A stretch of DNA of 64,000 nt, taken from assembly GCA_050952625.1 (NCBI GenBank), contig JBMNLH010000001.1, positions 1,536,001-1,600,000 on the forward strand, in the 5' to 3' direction. The notes beneath the pieces are model-generated. The model searched no databases and had not been told where the DNA came from. It saw only the letters and a list, made by a program, of their open reading frames with translations. This DNA is from Bacillota bacterium (GTDB lineage Bacteria; Bacillota; Ch66; Ch109). The position numbers were made by a program, and so were the translations under genes. Below are positions 21,124-29,626 of the stretch, one piece after another. Each line of letters opens with the position of its first letter. The first letter of the stretch is position 1.

Positions 21124-22167
21124 ATGAAAAGATTAAATATAGCCCGCTTTATTATACATACCCTCCCTCATGTGGAACGAGAGCTCAAATACTGGCAAAA
21201 TTTCGCCCACCAATCGCCAGACCTGAATCTACAGGAACAGGCTTTAAAAAGCATAAAACTAAAGCGGTTCCATGCCCAAGGGGGAAGTGTATATGCCTGC
21301 TGGCACCCCCATTGGGATACTGTTTTGACCCCCCTGATTGTGGCGGTGCAAACGATCAGCGATTATTTAGATAATCTCTGCGATAGGATGCAGTTAACTG
21401 ATCCGGACGCCTTCCGGGTCCTGCACTTAGCCTTCTTAGACGCCCTTAATCCAGACGCGGCACTCAAAGATTACTATCAGCTATATCCGAACAAAAACGA
21501 TGGGGGTTATTTAGCCCAGCTAGTTGTCCGCTCCCAGCGGCTGGTCCGGCTTTTGCCTGGTTTCCCGGTTATTCAGGATTTCCTTGGCTATCTGGCCTCA
21601 CTCTACTGTGATCTCCAGGTTTATAAACACATGGATCTGGCTAACCGAGAGTCAACTTTAAAGGCCTGGGCTGAAAAAAACGGCACCAAATTCCCAACTA
21701 TCGCCTGGTGGGAATTTTCCGCCGCTACCGGCTCTACCCTGGCGGTATTTGCTTTACTTGCAGCCGCTACCCAACCTCAACTGAATAGCCGGGAAGCTGA
21801 CCAAATTTTTAAATCATATTTTCCCTGGATTTGTGGGTTACATATTCTACTTGATTATTATATTGATCAACACGAGGACCGGCTGGGCGGTGACCTAAAC
21901 TTTGTTTTCTACTATCCTGATCCGGCCTCAGTCCCGCAAAGACTAGGCTATTTTGTGCGTCAAGCAATTGAGCAGGCTCAAAACTTACCGGATCCGGAAT
22001 TTCATACGACAATCGTCAAAGGGCTGCCCGCTCTTTACCTCTCTGACCCCAAGGTGAAACAACAGGGACTAGACTCTGCTGCTCGTTACCTAATAACCCA
22101 AGCCGGCTCAGGAACCCATAAGCTCTATCGATTGTGCCGTGCTTTGCGCTGTTTGCGGGCAGTTTAG
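21124..22167 (+). CDS. Tetraprenyl-beta-curcumene synthase family (YtpB/DUF2600) terpene synthase
   Basis: KRFHAQGG, QTISDYLDNLCD, YCDLQVYKH, WWEFSAATGSTL, YFPWICGLHILLDYYIDQHED..GGDLNF. Confidence 0.9.
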   Translation: MKRLNIARFIIHTLPHVERELKYWQNFAHQSPDLNLQEQALKSIKLKRFHAQGGSVYACWHPHWDTVLTPLIVAVQTISDYLDNLCDRMQLTDPDAFRVLHLAFLDALNPDAALKDYYQLYPNKNDGGYLAQLVVRSQRLVRLLPGFPVIQDFLGYLASLYCDLQVYKHMDLANRESTLKAWAEKNGTKFPTIAWWEFSAATGSTLAVFALLAAATQPQLNSREADQIFKSYFPWICGLHILLDYYIDQHEDRLGGDLNFVFYYPDPASVPQRLGYFVRQAIEQAQNLPDPEFHTTIVKGLPALYLSDPKVKQQGLDSAARYLITQAGSGTHKLYRLCRALRCLRAV

Positions 22168-22253
22168 TTATGGTGAAAGAACCTATCTGAAAGGACTTGT
22201 CGTTATTATCGCGAAATAATAAACAAGGAATTAATTTTAGCGAGGCAACTAAC

Positions 22254-23084
22254 ATGACTACCTTAAAATTAGCGATTATCCAATTTCCCCGCCGCCTTGA
22301 TGATCTTAAGAGCAACACTGAACTCATGGCCGGCTATGTAGCCAGATTAGCCGCAGATACGACGGATACAGATGTAGTCTTATTGCCCGAAGGATGGTTG
22401 GGGCCAAAACTGATCCCACTCGCTCAATACGAAGGGATCATGGATCAGGTTTTCTCCCGGTTAAAACCGCTCAATTGCCTGCTGGTTTCAGGGGCTCAAT
22501 ATGTCATAGTTGACGACCAGGTTTTTTGTCGAGGCCTGGTCTTGAGTCAGCACTTACCTAAGCCCATTCCTTTCGATAAACTGTTCCCCTCCCAGGCAGT
22601 TGGCGAAAGAAGCTTTGTTGCTCCGGGTACTGAATTGCCCGTCTTTAAGCATAAAGGTGTTTCGCTGGGTGTCGCCCTGTGCGTCGATTTATTTTACCCC
22701 GAGGTCGTCCGAAATCTGGCTTTGCGCGGAGTCAGCCTTGTTTTAAACCCGGCCAACATTCCCCGTAGCCGGATGGCCCTCTGGCAGGGCCTTGGAGTCG
22801 CCCGGGCTTGCGAAAACACCGTTTTCGTTGCCATGGCCAATAACACCGAAACGAGTTACGCTGATGGCCGAAAAATTATGGGGGAGAGCTTTGTGGCTTA
22901 CCCGGATGGACAAAAACTGGTCAATTTCGGGAGAGAAGCCGGGATATTTTACCTTACGCTAGACCTGCAATTAATTAATCGGGTAAGGGAAAGGTGGCCT
23001 TACCTGGAGGACGTTCGAACAAGAACCCTGACTCTTGACGGCAGATGTGCTTTCCGTAGCTTGGCTAATCAAATCAAGAACTGA
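22254..23084 (+). CDS. Carbon-nitrogen hydrolase family protein
   Basis: VLLPEG, FDKLFP, LCVDLFYPE triad; ARACEN. Confidence 0.85.
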   Translation: MTTLKLAIIQFPRRLDDLKSNTELMAGYVARLAADTTDTDVVLLPEGWLGPKLIPLAQYEGIMDQVFSRLKPLNCLLVSGAQYVIVDDQVFCRGLVLSQHLPKPIPFDKLFPSQAVGERSFVAPGTELPVFKHKGVSLGVALCVDLFYPEVVRNLALRGVSLVLNPANIPRSRMALWQGLGVARACENTVFVAMANNTETSYADGRKIMGESFVAYPDGQKLVNFGREAGIFYLTLDLQLINRVRERWPYLEDVRTRTLTLDGRCAFRSLANQIKN

Positions 23085-23447
23085 TCGCTGAGTGTTTTTA
23101 ACGAAGGTCAGCGATTGGGATCTACATCAAAAAACGAACATAGCTGGGGATCAGCAGGCATCACTGTCTGAGCCTGAAAGGCGAGTTTGATGCCTGCCCG
23201 AAGCCGACGAGGTTCGTTCCCAGTTTAGCCTGCTGACCGAGTAAAAACACAAGCGACTTAATAACACATGAAATCCGACGCGCCGTGTTTTTACGTAGGT
23301 CAGCGATTGGCGATTTACATCAGAGAACGGAGGCGGCTGAGGATCAGCAGGCATCACTGTCTGAGCCTGAAAGGCGAGTTTGATGCCTGCCCGAAGCCGA
23401 CGAGGTTCGTTCCCAGTCTAGCCTGCTGACCGAGTAAAAACACAAGC
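23085..23447 (+). repeat. Two tandem ~170-bp MITE-like repeats, family A (23085-23256 and 23281-23447)
   Basis: Identical core GGATCAGCAGGCATCACTGTCTGAGCCTGAAAGGCGAG..TGATGCCTGCCCGAAGCCGACGAGGTTCGTTCCCAGT; terminal inverted arms. Confidence 0.92.
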
Positions 23448-23462
23448 AACTATTATTCTCCG

Positions 23463-24818
23463 TTACTTAACCGGGACAACGAACCTGTCCCCCTGTCCTA
23501 CAAGTCGGTTGCAGTTCTCTATGACTTCCCTTTCATTAATCGTGAGCAATTCCCGATTAAACATGACTACCCGGCCGTCGATAATTGTCGTCTCCACGTC
23601 CGAAGCGCGGGCAGCATAAACCAGACGAGATACGGGATCTACTTCGGTCTCGGGTAAACTGTGAACTTGATTCAGGTTCACGATGATTAAATCAGCCCGT
23701 TTCCCCACCTCCAGGCTCCCGATCTCTTCCTCCAGGCCCATGGCGCGTGCCCCGCTCAGGGTAGCCATTTCCAGCACTCGGGCTGCCGGCATGGCGGTTG
23801 GCCCGTAACGCACCTTATGAATCAAAGCAGCTAAGCGCATTTCTTGGAACATATCCAAATTATTCGCACAAGGGGCCCCATCTGCCCCTAGGGCCACTGT
23901 AATCCCTTTTTCCAGATACTCGGGTACCGGGGCTAGGCCGGAAGCCAGTTTGAGGTTGGAACTCGGACAGTGCACGACGCTCGTCCCGGTCTGGCGCAGA
24001 ATCTCGATTTCCGAATCATCCAGCCAGATACAATGCGCCAGCAGCAGATTCGGCCCGGTTAAGCCAAGCTCATGCAGGTAGATAATATTCCGGGCACCTC
24101 TTTCCCGCTGAATTAACCCTACCTCGCTCCGGTTCTCAGAGGCATGCGTATGGATCATGACCCCATAGTAATCCGCCAACCGGGCTACTTCCCGCAGCAA
24201 ATCGTCCGTACAGGAAACAGCAAACCGGGGCTGAAACGCAAAACGAATCCGGCCGTCATCCCGGCCGTGCCACTTCTCGAGGAGGCGAACGCTTTCCTGA
24301 ATCGAATCAGTTGCCTTTTCCCGCAGCCCAGCCGGTACTCCCTCCCCACAGTCCATCATTACTTTGCCGCTAACTGCGCGCAACCCATTTTCCAAAATAG
24401 CCTGGAAAGCGGCGTCGGTATGGTGGACCGTCTCCATATCCATGATGCAGGTCGTTCCGCCGCGAAACAATTCGGCACAGCCGAGCATCGCGGAATAATA
24501 GAGAGACTCCTCATTATGCGCGGCTTCTAACGGCCAGATTCGCTGCCGCAGCCAATCCAAGAGCTCCAGGTCATCCGCCTGGCCTCGAAACAAGGTCTGG
24601 CTGAGGTGAATGTGTGCCTGAATCAAACCCGGCATAACTATTTTCCCCGTAGCCTCAATAACCAGGTCAAAATCCGCTGGGTCTATAGGTGGCTGCGGTT
24701 TCGGGATAATTGAGGCGATTCTTTTTCCTTCAATAATTATATCCGCCTGATAAATGTCTCTTTGCGAATTCATCGTAATCAGTTGTCCATTTCGGATCAG
24801 AATCCTTTGTATAGTCAT
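23463..24818 (-). CDS. Amidohydrolase, 5'-deoxyadenosine/MTA-SAH deaminase family
   Basis: PGLIQAHIH, HTHASE, AHCIWL, HCPSSNLKLASG, LGADG. Confidence 0.88.
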   Translation of the reverse strand: MTIQRILIRNGQLITMNSQRDIYQADIIIEGKRIASIIPKPQPPIDPADFDLVIEATGKIVMPGLIQAHIHLSQTLFRGQADDLELLDWLRQRIWPLEAAHNEESLYYSAMLGCAELFRGGTTCIMDMETVHHTDAAFQAILENGLRAVSGKVMMDCGEGVPAGLREKATDSIQESVRLLEKWHGRDDGRIRFAFQPRFAVSCTDDLLREVARLADYYGVMIHTHASENRSEVGLIQRERGARNIIYLHELGLTGPNLLLAHCIWLDDSEIEILRQTGTSVVHCPSSNLKLASGLAPVPEYLEKGITVALGADGAPCANNLDMFQEMRLAALIHKVRYGPTAMPAARVLEMATLSGARAMGLEEEIGSLEVGKRADLIIVNLNQVHSLPETEVDPVSRLVYAARASDVETTIIDGRVVMFNRELLTINEREVIENCNRLVGQGDRFVVPVK

Positions 24819-25035
24819 AGCCCTCAAACCTTTCTCAACCAGTTCCATCTCCATTAACCAGACCCATATTTGTCCAAGGCACCCTTAAGTCGAATATCTT
24901 TCTTAAATTTTTAGATCACCCAACTCATCATCATTATTATAAATTATTATAACCGTTTTCCTTTTTTCTGTTTTCTTGTGCTTTTATAGCGAAGGTGTTA
25001 TCCTAAATACAAAATAAAGATGGAGGGAAATTCCG

Positions 25036-25473
25036 ATGTTTATGCAAGCCTATACTCCGGAACAAGCTGCCACTGGCAAGATGGAAAATGGACGAGATGT
25101 TATTATCCTATATGTTAAAGAATTTAGTCGGCAGTGCCAGGAAGTTAATCAAAGCGGCCTTAACCATTATCGTTATAATTGGTACCACAACGCCGAAAAA
25201 AATGCCTATGTCCTTCATGTCTCCTGGGAAGATAAGGTAAGCTTAGCGGTTCGTTTTGATCAGCAGCATTTTGCTCTCCTGGCCGCCATGGTGGAGCCCA
25301 AAGATGTCATTCTGACAACTATCCCGATAACCGAACTGGTAGCCAAAGCAAAAGAAAGTGGCAACAGCGTCCTTGATTTTACCGGGCCAGTCGTAACTTT
25401 CAGCCAACTAATTTTTGATGATCCGAAACAATATCTAGAACCGTCTGAATTAACCAACGCCCAACTCAATTAA
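25036..25473 (+). CDS. Hypothetical protein
   Basis: GGAGGG RBS, 145-aa ORF filling the gap between flanking genes; no family recognised. Confidence 0.7.
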   Translation: MFMQAYTPEQAATGKMENGRDVIILYVKEFSRQCQEVNQSGLNHYRYNWYHNAEKNAYVLHVSWEDKVSLAVRFDQQHFALLAAMVEPKDVILTTIPITELVAKAKESGNSVLDFTGPVVTFSQLIFDDPKQYLEPSELTNAQLN

Positions 25474-25482
25474 CATTGGGTG

Positions 25483-26286
25483 CTACCAGTCCATCTTTAA
25501 AATCATCCCATCAGAGGCAGCGATGACCGGTATTCCAACTTCGCTTGACATTTGTTTAGCTGATATGGCCGGATCACTCTTGACCAGGGTCATACCAAAA
25601 TGCGTGAGGATCCCAAGTTTAACCTTAGGGCTTGCCTCAGTTAAAATCCTTCGGGCGTCATCCAAACAAAGATGGACTAATCCTCCCGGGCCAGTTGGTG
25701 AAAAGCGAACTGTATTCATGATGATGATGTCCGCGCTGTATAATTTCGGTAGTTCCGGAAAAAAAGCGGTATCAGCGATAAACGCGACCGAAATTGTACC
25801 CAACTGCAGTTTTAGACCATAAGTTTCCACGCCATGCCGATGCCGAACCGTTGTTTCAAATTTGATCCCTCCTACTTGATATTGCCCCCAGGCTTGCAGG
25901 GGCACGATCTCCTCCACGTAGTTTCGAACGTATTGAAAGACTACCGGTTCCTCTTCCAAGGCATCCGGTGGGGCAAATACTTTTCCCCGCCGGATGGATC
26001 CACCTTGGGTCATGGCTTCAATCATGACATTTGCATCACAGGAGTGATCCACGTGCCGGTGGGATAGAATGATGGCATCTAGTTTTAAAGGGTCAAGCTT
26101 GGGCTTGCCTTGATAGACTTTAACTAGCGTGCCTGGTCCAGGGTCAATCAACAAATGCGTTCCTTCATAAGCTAGCCAAATCCCGGCTGAAGATCGAAGC
26201 TGTTGCGATACGACATACCTTGCTCCAGCCGTACCCATAAACTTTATAAAATTTCCAAGTTGTCTAGGCAACGTTTTACACCTCAT
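25483..26286 (-). CDS. MBL-fold metallo-hydrolase (RNase Z/phosphodiesterase-like clade); exact start uncertain
   Basis: FMGTAGAR, LIDPGPG, SHRHVDH (HxHxDH), ADT, THFG. Confidence 0.85.
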   Translation of the reverse strand: MRCKTLPRQLGNFIKFMGTAGARYVVSQQLRSSAGIWLAYEGTHLLIDPGPGTLVKVYQGKPKLDPLKLDAIILSHRHVDHSCDANVMIEAMTQGGSIRRGKVFAPPDALEEEPVVFQYVRNYVEEIVPLQAWGQYQVGGIKFETTVRHRHGVETYGLKLQLGTISVAFIADTAFFPELPKLYSADIIIMNTVRFSPTGPGGLVHLCLDDARRILTEASPKVKLGILTHFGMTLVKSDPAISAKQMSSEVGIPVIAASDGMILKMDW

Positions 26287-26314
26287 ACTGCTACAATACT
26301 AACTTAAACTAGTC

Positions 26315-27310
26315 TTAGACTAAGATTTCATTTTCCCACCAGGGCTTTAAGATAACTTTGGCAATCCGCTCATACTCCTGACTTTTTTTAATTTCCTCCA
26401 AGAAACGGGCTCCCTCCGGCCGGAAGAAAATTTCGACTATCTTTTTTCTGGTCTCCTCAAGTTCAATCACACTTAAGATGCGGGCCTCCTTTTGGGAAAA
26501 CCAAAACAGCGCATTCATCGTGTTTATCCACACCGGAACTAAATGTTCCTGTATTTGCTTGGTTGGACCAACGGTCCCCAGATCCAGACAACCGCTAATC
26601 AACTGACACAATGTAACTGGATCCTGTTGATATTTGCGGTGCATACTTTTGATATAACTGTTTAACATTTCGATGTAGTGAATGCATACCTCTGGATTAA
26701 CCGTCGCGTAATAATCAATTAGCCGGACCAAAAACTGATAATTATCCTCATCCTCCTTCTTAGAATCAGTATAGTCGAACCAGGAAATCTCATAGGCTGC
26801 GATCTGGTCAATAATTGGAGCACCGAGGGCAAAACTTTTTAGATCAATGGGTTCGTTCGCGTCAACCACAAAAAAAAGCCGCATCCCTTTGCCAATCGAC
26901 TCACCCCGATATGCCCGACTTAGTGCCTTGCTGACCACAAAGTTTCGCATGAAACGTTCTCTATCTTTGCGGTCTCGTTCAACATAGATTCCTCCCGGGG
27001 CCAACGCTCCCCGCACAAAAAAAGGACGTCGAACACTCCGTTCCGAGAAATCCTCCTGGATATCTTCTTTTATTCTGCGAAAAATCGCGCCGTATAACTC
27101 CCGGCAGGCTAAAATGGCTGTTTCCAGATCGATAAAACGGGTGATAAATGAATCACTAAACAGTATACAATCTAAAAAAATCTGTTTTCTGGCTTCTGTG
27201 TAGTCAAAAAGAAAATCATAATAGTAACGCAACTTATCCCGGGCATCAGCCTCATCAAAATCCTCAATAAAGGAGGAAAACCCAAGGATGTCAATAAAAG
27301 CTGTAATCAT
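26315..27310 (-). CDS. Nucleotidyl-cyclase-like domain protein with helical C-terminal half
   Basis: AFIDILGF...FSDS...VRGALAPG...ALSRAYRGES resembles class III cyclase-like folds with both metal-binding Asp residues. Confidence 0.6.
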   Translation of the reverse strand: MITAFIDILGFSSFIEDFDEADARDKLRYYYDFLFDYTEARKQIFLDCILFSDSFITRFIDLETAILACRELYGAIFRRIKEDIQEDFSERSVRRPFFVRGALAPGGIYVERDRKDRERFMRNFVVSKALSRAYRGESIGKGMRLFFVVDANEPIDLKSFALGAPIIDQIAAYEISWFDYTDSKKEDEDNYQFLVRLIDYYATVNPEVCIHYIEMLNSYIKSMHRKYQQDPVTLCQLISGCLDLGTVGPTKQIQEHLVPVWINTMNALFWFSQKEARILSVIELEETRKKIVEIFFRPEGARFLEEIKKSQEYERIAKVILKPWWENEILV

Positions 27311-27401
27311 CTGATGCTATTCCTTTCGTTACACTTAAGGCCTAAAAACACTCATAAAACTATCTCCTAATTCCAACCCGCCTTACTTCTCAGACTTATA
27401 T

Positions 27402-27429
27402 TTTCGACCTATTATTCTGCTAATCCTGC
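27402..27429 (-). promoter_or_regulatory. sigmaH-type promoter upstream of the cyclase-like/MBL pair
   Basis: GCAGGATTA-N12-GTCGAAA. Confidence 0.6.
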
Positions 27430-27690
27430 CCAAACATCATCATTAGGTTAAGATTGAAATAAAATTCTGAACAACAAATTTGGTTAATTTGTTTTATGAA
27501 TCAACAATTATCCAGCATTTATTCGGTTCAACCGGCCAATAATATATTTTGAAAAGGAGGCTGATTAGTTTTCTTTAAAAAAATTGTGATGCTGTTGACC
27601 TTGGGAGCGCTGCTTTGATGCAGCCCGCAAGCTTTATCAGCAGTCCCGGATAGGTCTATCCGGCATCTAGAAAGCACCAGTTTAGTTGGA

Positions 27691-27987
27691 GTGGCAGAGG
27701 TTATCGAAGTGCAGGCGACTGCTTATTGCCCATGTCACAAATGCTGCGGTAAAACAGATAAAATCACTTATACGGGCAAAGTGGCCAAGCGCGACCACAC
27801 CATCGCAGTTGACCCGAAGCTAATCCCGCTGGGAAGCCGGGTATATATTGAAGGTTTGGGCATTAGGTATGCGGAAGACATCGGGGGAGCGATAAAAAAT
27901 AAGCATATCGATATCTATATGGATAGTCACGAAGCTGCCTTGGCCTTTGGAGTTCAAACGTTAAAAGTATACGTCATGAAGCAGTAG
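27691..27987 (+). CDS. 3D-domain cell-wall protein; N-terminal signal peptide probably frameshifted from ~27570
   Basis: ATAY, IAVDPKLIPLGS, AEDIGGAIK, IDIY; upstream AAGGAGG RBS and an out-of-frame hydrophobic stretch KKIVMLLTLGALL. Confidence 0.85.
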   Translation: MAEVIEVQATAYCPCHKCCGKTDKITYTGKVAKRDHTIAVDPKLIPLGSRVYIEGLGIRYAEDIGGAIKNKHIDIYMDSHEAALAFGVQTLKVYVMKQ

Positions 27988-28184
27988 GTCATTCCTACTG
28001 CTTTCTTTAATACCAACCAAACAATTTCCCATACCTCCTGAAACAGCTTTAGTCTTGGTCAGACCGGATTAAATGCATAACTATCAACAAAACCGAAAAG
28101 AATAAACATGAAAGAACACATAATGGAAGAGCACATAATCAACAACATAATCAACAACATAATCAAATGAAAGGAATGACGGAG

Positions 28185-28370
28185 ATGACTCAATTAAACC
28201 AACAAGAATTGCAAAACTTAAGACACTTGATCGGTTCTCACGAAACGGCGAGTCAAAAACTGCGGACATACGCTCAACAAACGAATGACACTCAAATCAG
28301 ACAAATGTTTGAAAAATCGGCGCAGGAAGCCCAAAACACCAAGCACAAATTAATGTCATTCTTAAGTTAA
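28185..28370 (+). CDS. Small spore-coat-associated protein
   Basis: LNQQELQNLRHLIG...KL..YAQQ..D.QI.QMFEKSA; paired with a CotF-like gene; start 28167 or 28185. Confidence 0.7.
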   Translation: MTQLNQQELQNLRHLIGSHETASQKLRTYAQQTNDTQIRQMFEKSAQEAQNTKHKLMSFLS

Positions 28371-28383
28371 GGAGGTAAAAAAC

Positions 28384-28626
28384 ATGCAAGATAAAGATAT
28401 GGTTAATGATGTTTTGTCCATGATCAACAGCAGTCTGACCGGTTATGCCAACGTTATAGCTCAAACAGCTAATCCCCAACTACGGCAGACTATCCAGCAA
28501 ATAAGGGATAATGACGAAAGATTTCAGTACGATCTCTTTAAACTAGCCGAACAAAAAGGGTATTACCAACCGGCTCAATCCGCCAGCCAAAATGATATCC
28601 AGCAGGTTCGGTCACAGTTAAGTTAA
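28384..28626 (+). CDS. Spore coat protein (Coat F domain)
   Basis: DKDMVNDVL...ANPQLRQTI...KGYY; AAGGAGG RBS. Confidence 0.85.
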   Translation: MQDKDMVNDVLSMINSSLTGYANVIAQTANPQLRQTIQQIRDNDERFQYDLFKLAEQKGYYQPAQSASQNDIQQVRSQLS

Positions 28627-28761
28627 ATTAGTTGGGTTAGAATTGGTTAGGTTAGGTTTGGTTAGAATTAGCTAGGTTTAGTATTACTTCCATTGTGGGT
28701 TGTACTTAGCAGGCATAAGTGGTTAGTTGAGAAATAAAAAGTTAGGGATTAAGCTTAATCC

Positions 28762-29625
28762 TTAACTTTTTATTTTTTCCCACATATTATCAACTTCTGT
28801 TTGAATCCGCGCCATTTCCTCCGGCGTCATCAAAGAAAACCGATCCTGCCGGTTCAAGTAATCGGCGACCGGTTTGCGTTTGCTTGGCTTGAAGGTTACG
28901 CGATAATCTCCCTGCTGATACTCGGCTAATACCCATAACCCGGTTTGGACCGCTAACCGGCCTATGTCGATGGTATCTTCTGAATTATATCCCCAGCCAA
29001 CCGGACAGGGAGATAAAACCTGGAGATAAGCCGGGCCAGGTGCCTCCATCGCCTTGGCAACCTTCTCCATTAGATCTTTCGGGTAGGAAACACAGGCAGA
29101 AGCGACATAGGGAATATTATGAGCATCGGCAATTCGCAGCATATCTTTCTTGTTTCTCTCTTTGCCGCGCGGGGTAGTTGAAGAAAAAGCACCAAATGGG
29201 GTGGCCCCGCTGCGCTGGTTGCCGGTATTCATGTAGGCTTCATTGTCATAGCACAAAAAGATAAATTTTTCGCCTCTTTCCATTGCCCCGGACAGAGCCT
29301 GCAAACCGATATCGAAGGTGCCGCCATCTCCGGCTAGCCCTAATACGGTCGCCTTCTCTTTCCCTTTTCGTCTTAACCCGGCGACTAAACCAGAAACCAT
29401 GGCCCCGGTTCCCGGCATAACTGAATTGACAACCGGGATATCAAAAGCCATTTGCGGATAAAAAGTGGTTACCCCCATCAAACAACACGGCGGTGTCACA
29501 ATTACGGTTTCTTTGCCCAGGACCTTTAAAGCCAGGCGCACGGCTAAAGTACCCCCGCAACCGGCACAGGTAAAACTGCCATACAACAATTCTTCGGTCG
29601 GCAGATCTTTAAAGCTGGCCATCAC
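28762..29625 (-). CDS. porB: 2-oxoacid:ferredoxin oxidoreductase beta subunit (TPP-binding)
   Basis: CAGCG, AGDGG, YDNEAYMNTG, SPCPVGW; substrate specificity unknown. Confidence 0.88.
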   Translation of the reverse strand: MMASFKDLPTEELLYGSFTCAGCGGTLAVRLALKVLGKETVIVTPPCCLMGVTTFYPQMAFDIPVVNSVMPGTGAMVSGLVAGLRRKGKEKATVLGLAGDGGTFDIGLQALSGAMERGEKFIFLCYDNEAYMNTGNQRSGATPFGAFSSTTPRGKERNKKDMLRIADAHNIPYVASACVSYPKDLMEKVAKAMEAPGPAYLQVLSPCPVGWGYNSEDTIDIGRLAVQTGLWVLAEYQQGDYRVTFKPSKRKPVADYLNRQDRFSLMTPEEMARIQTEVDNMWEKIKS

Positions 29626-29626
29626 T

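Noticed and set aside
23085-23447. Tandem repeats as a CRISPR array
   Set aside because: Units are ~170 bp, there are only two, there is no repeat-spacer pattern and no cas genes
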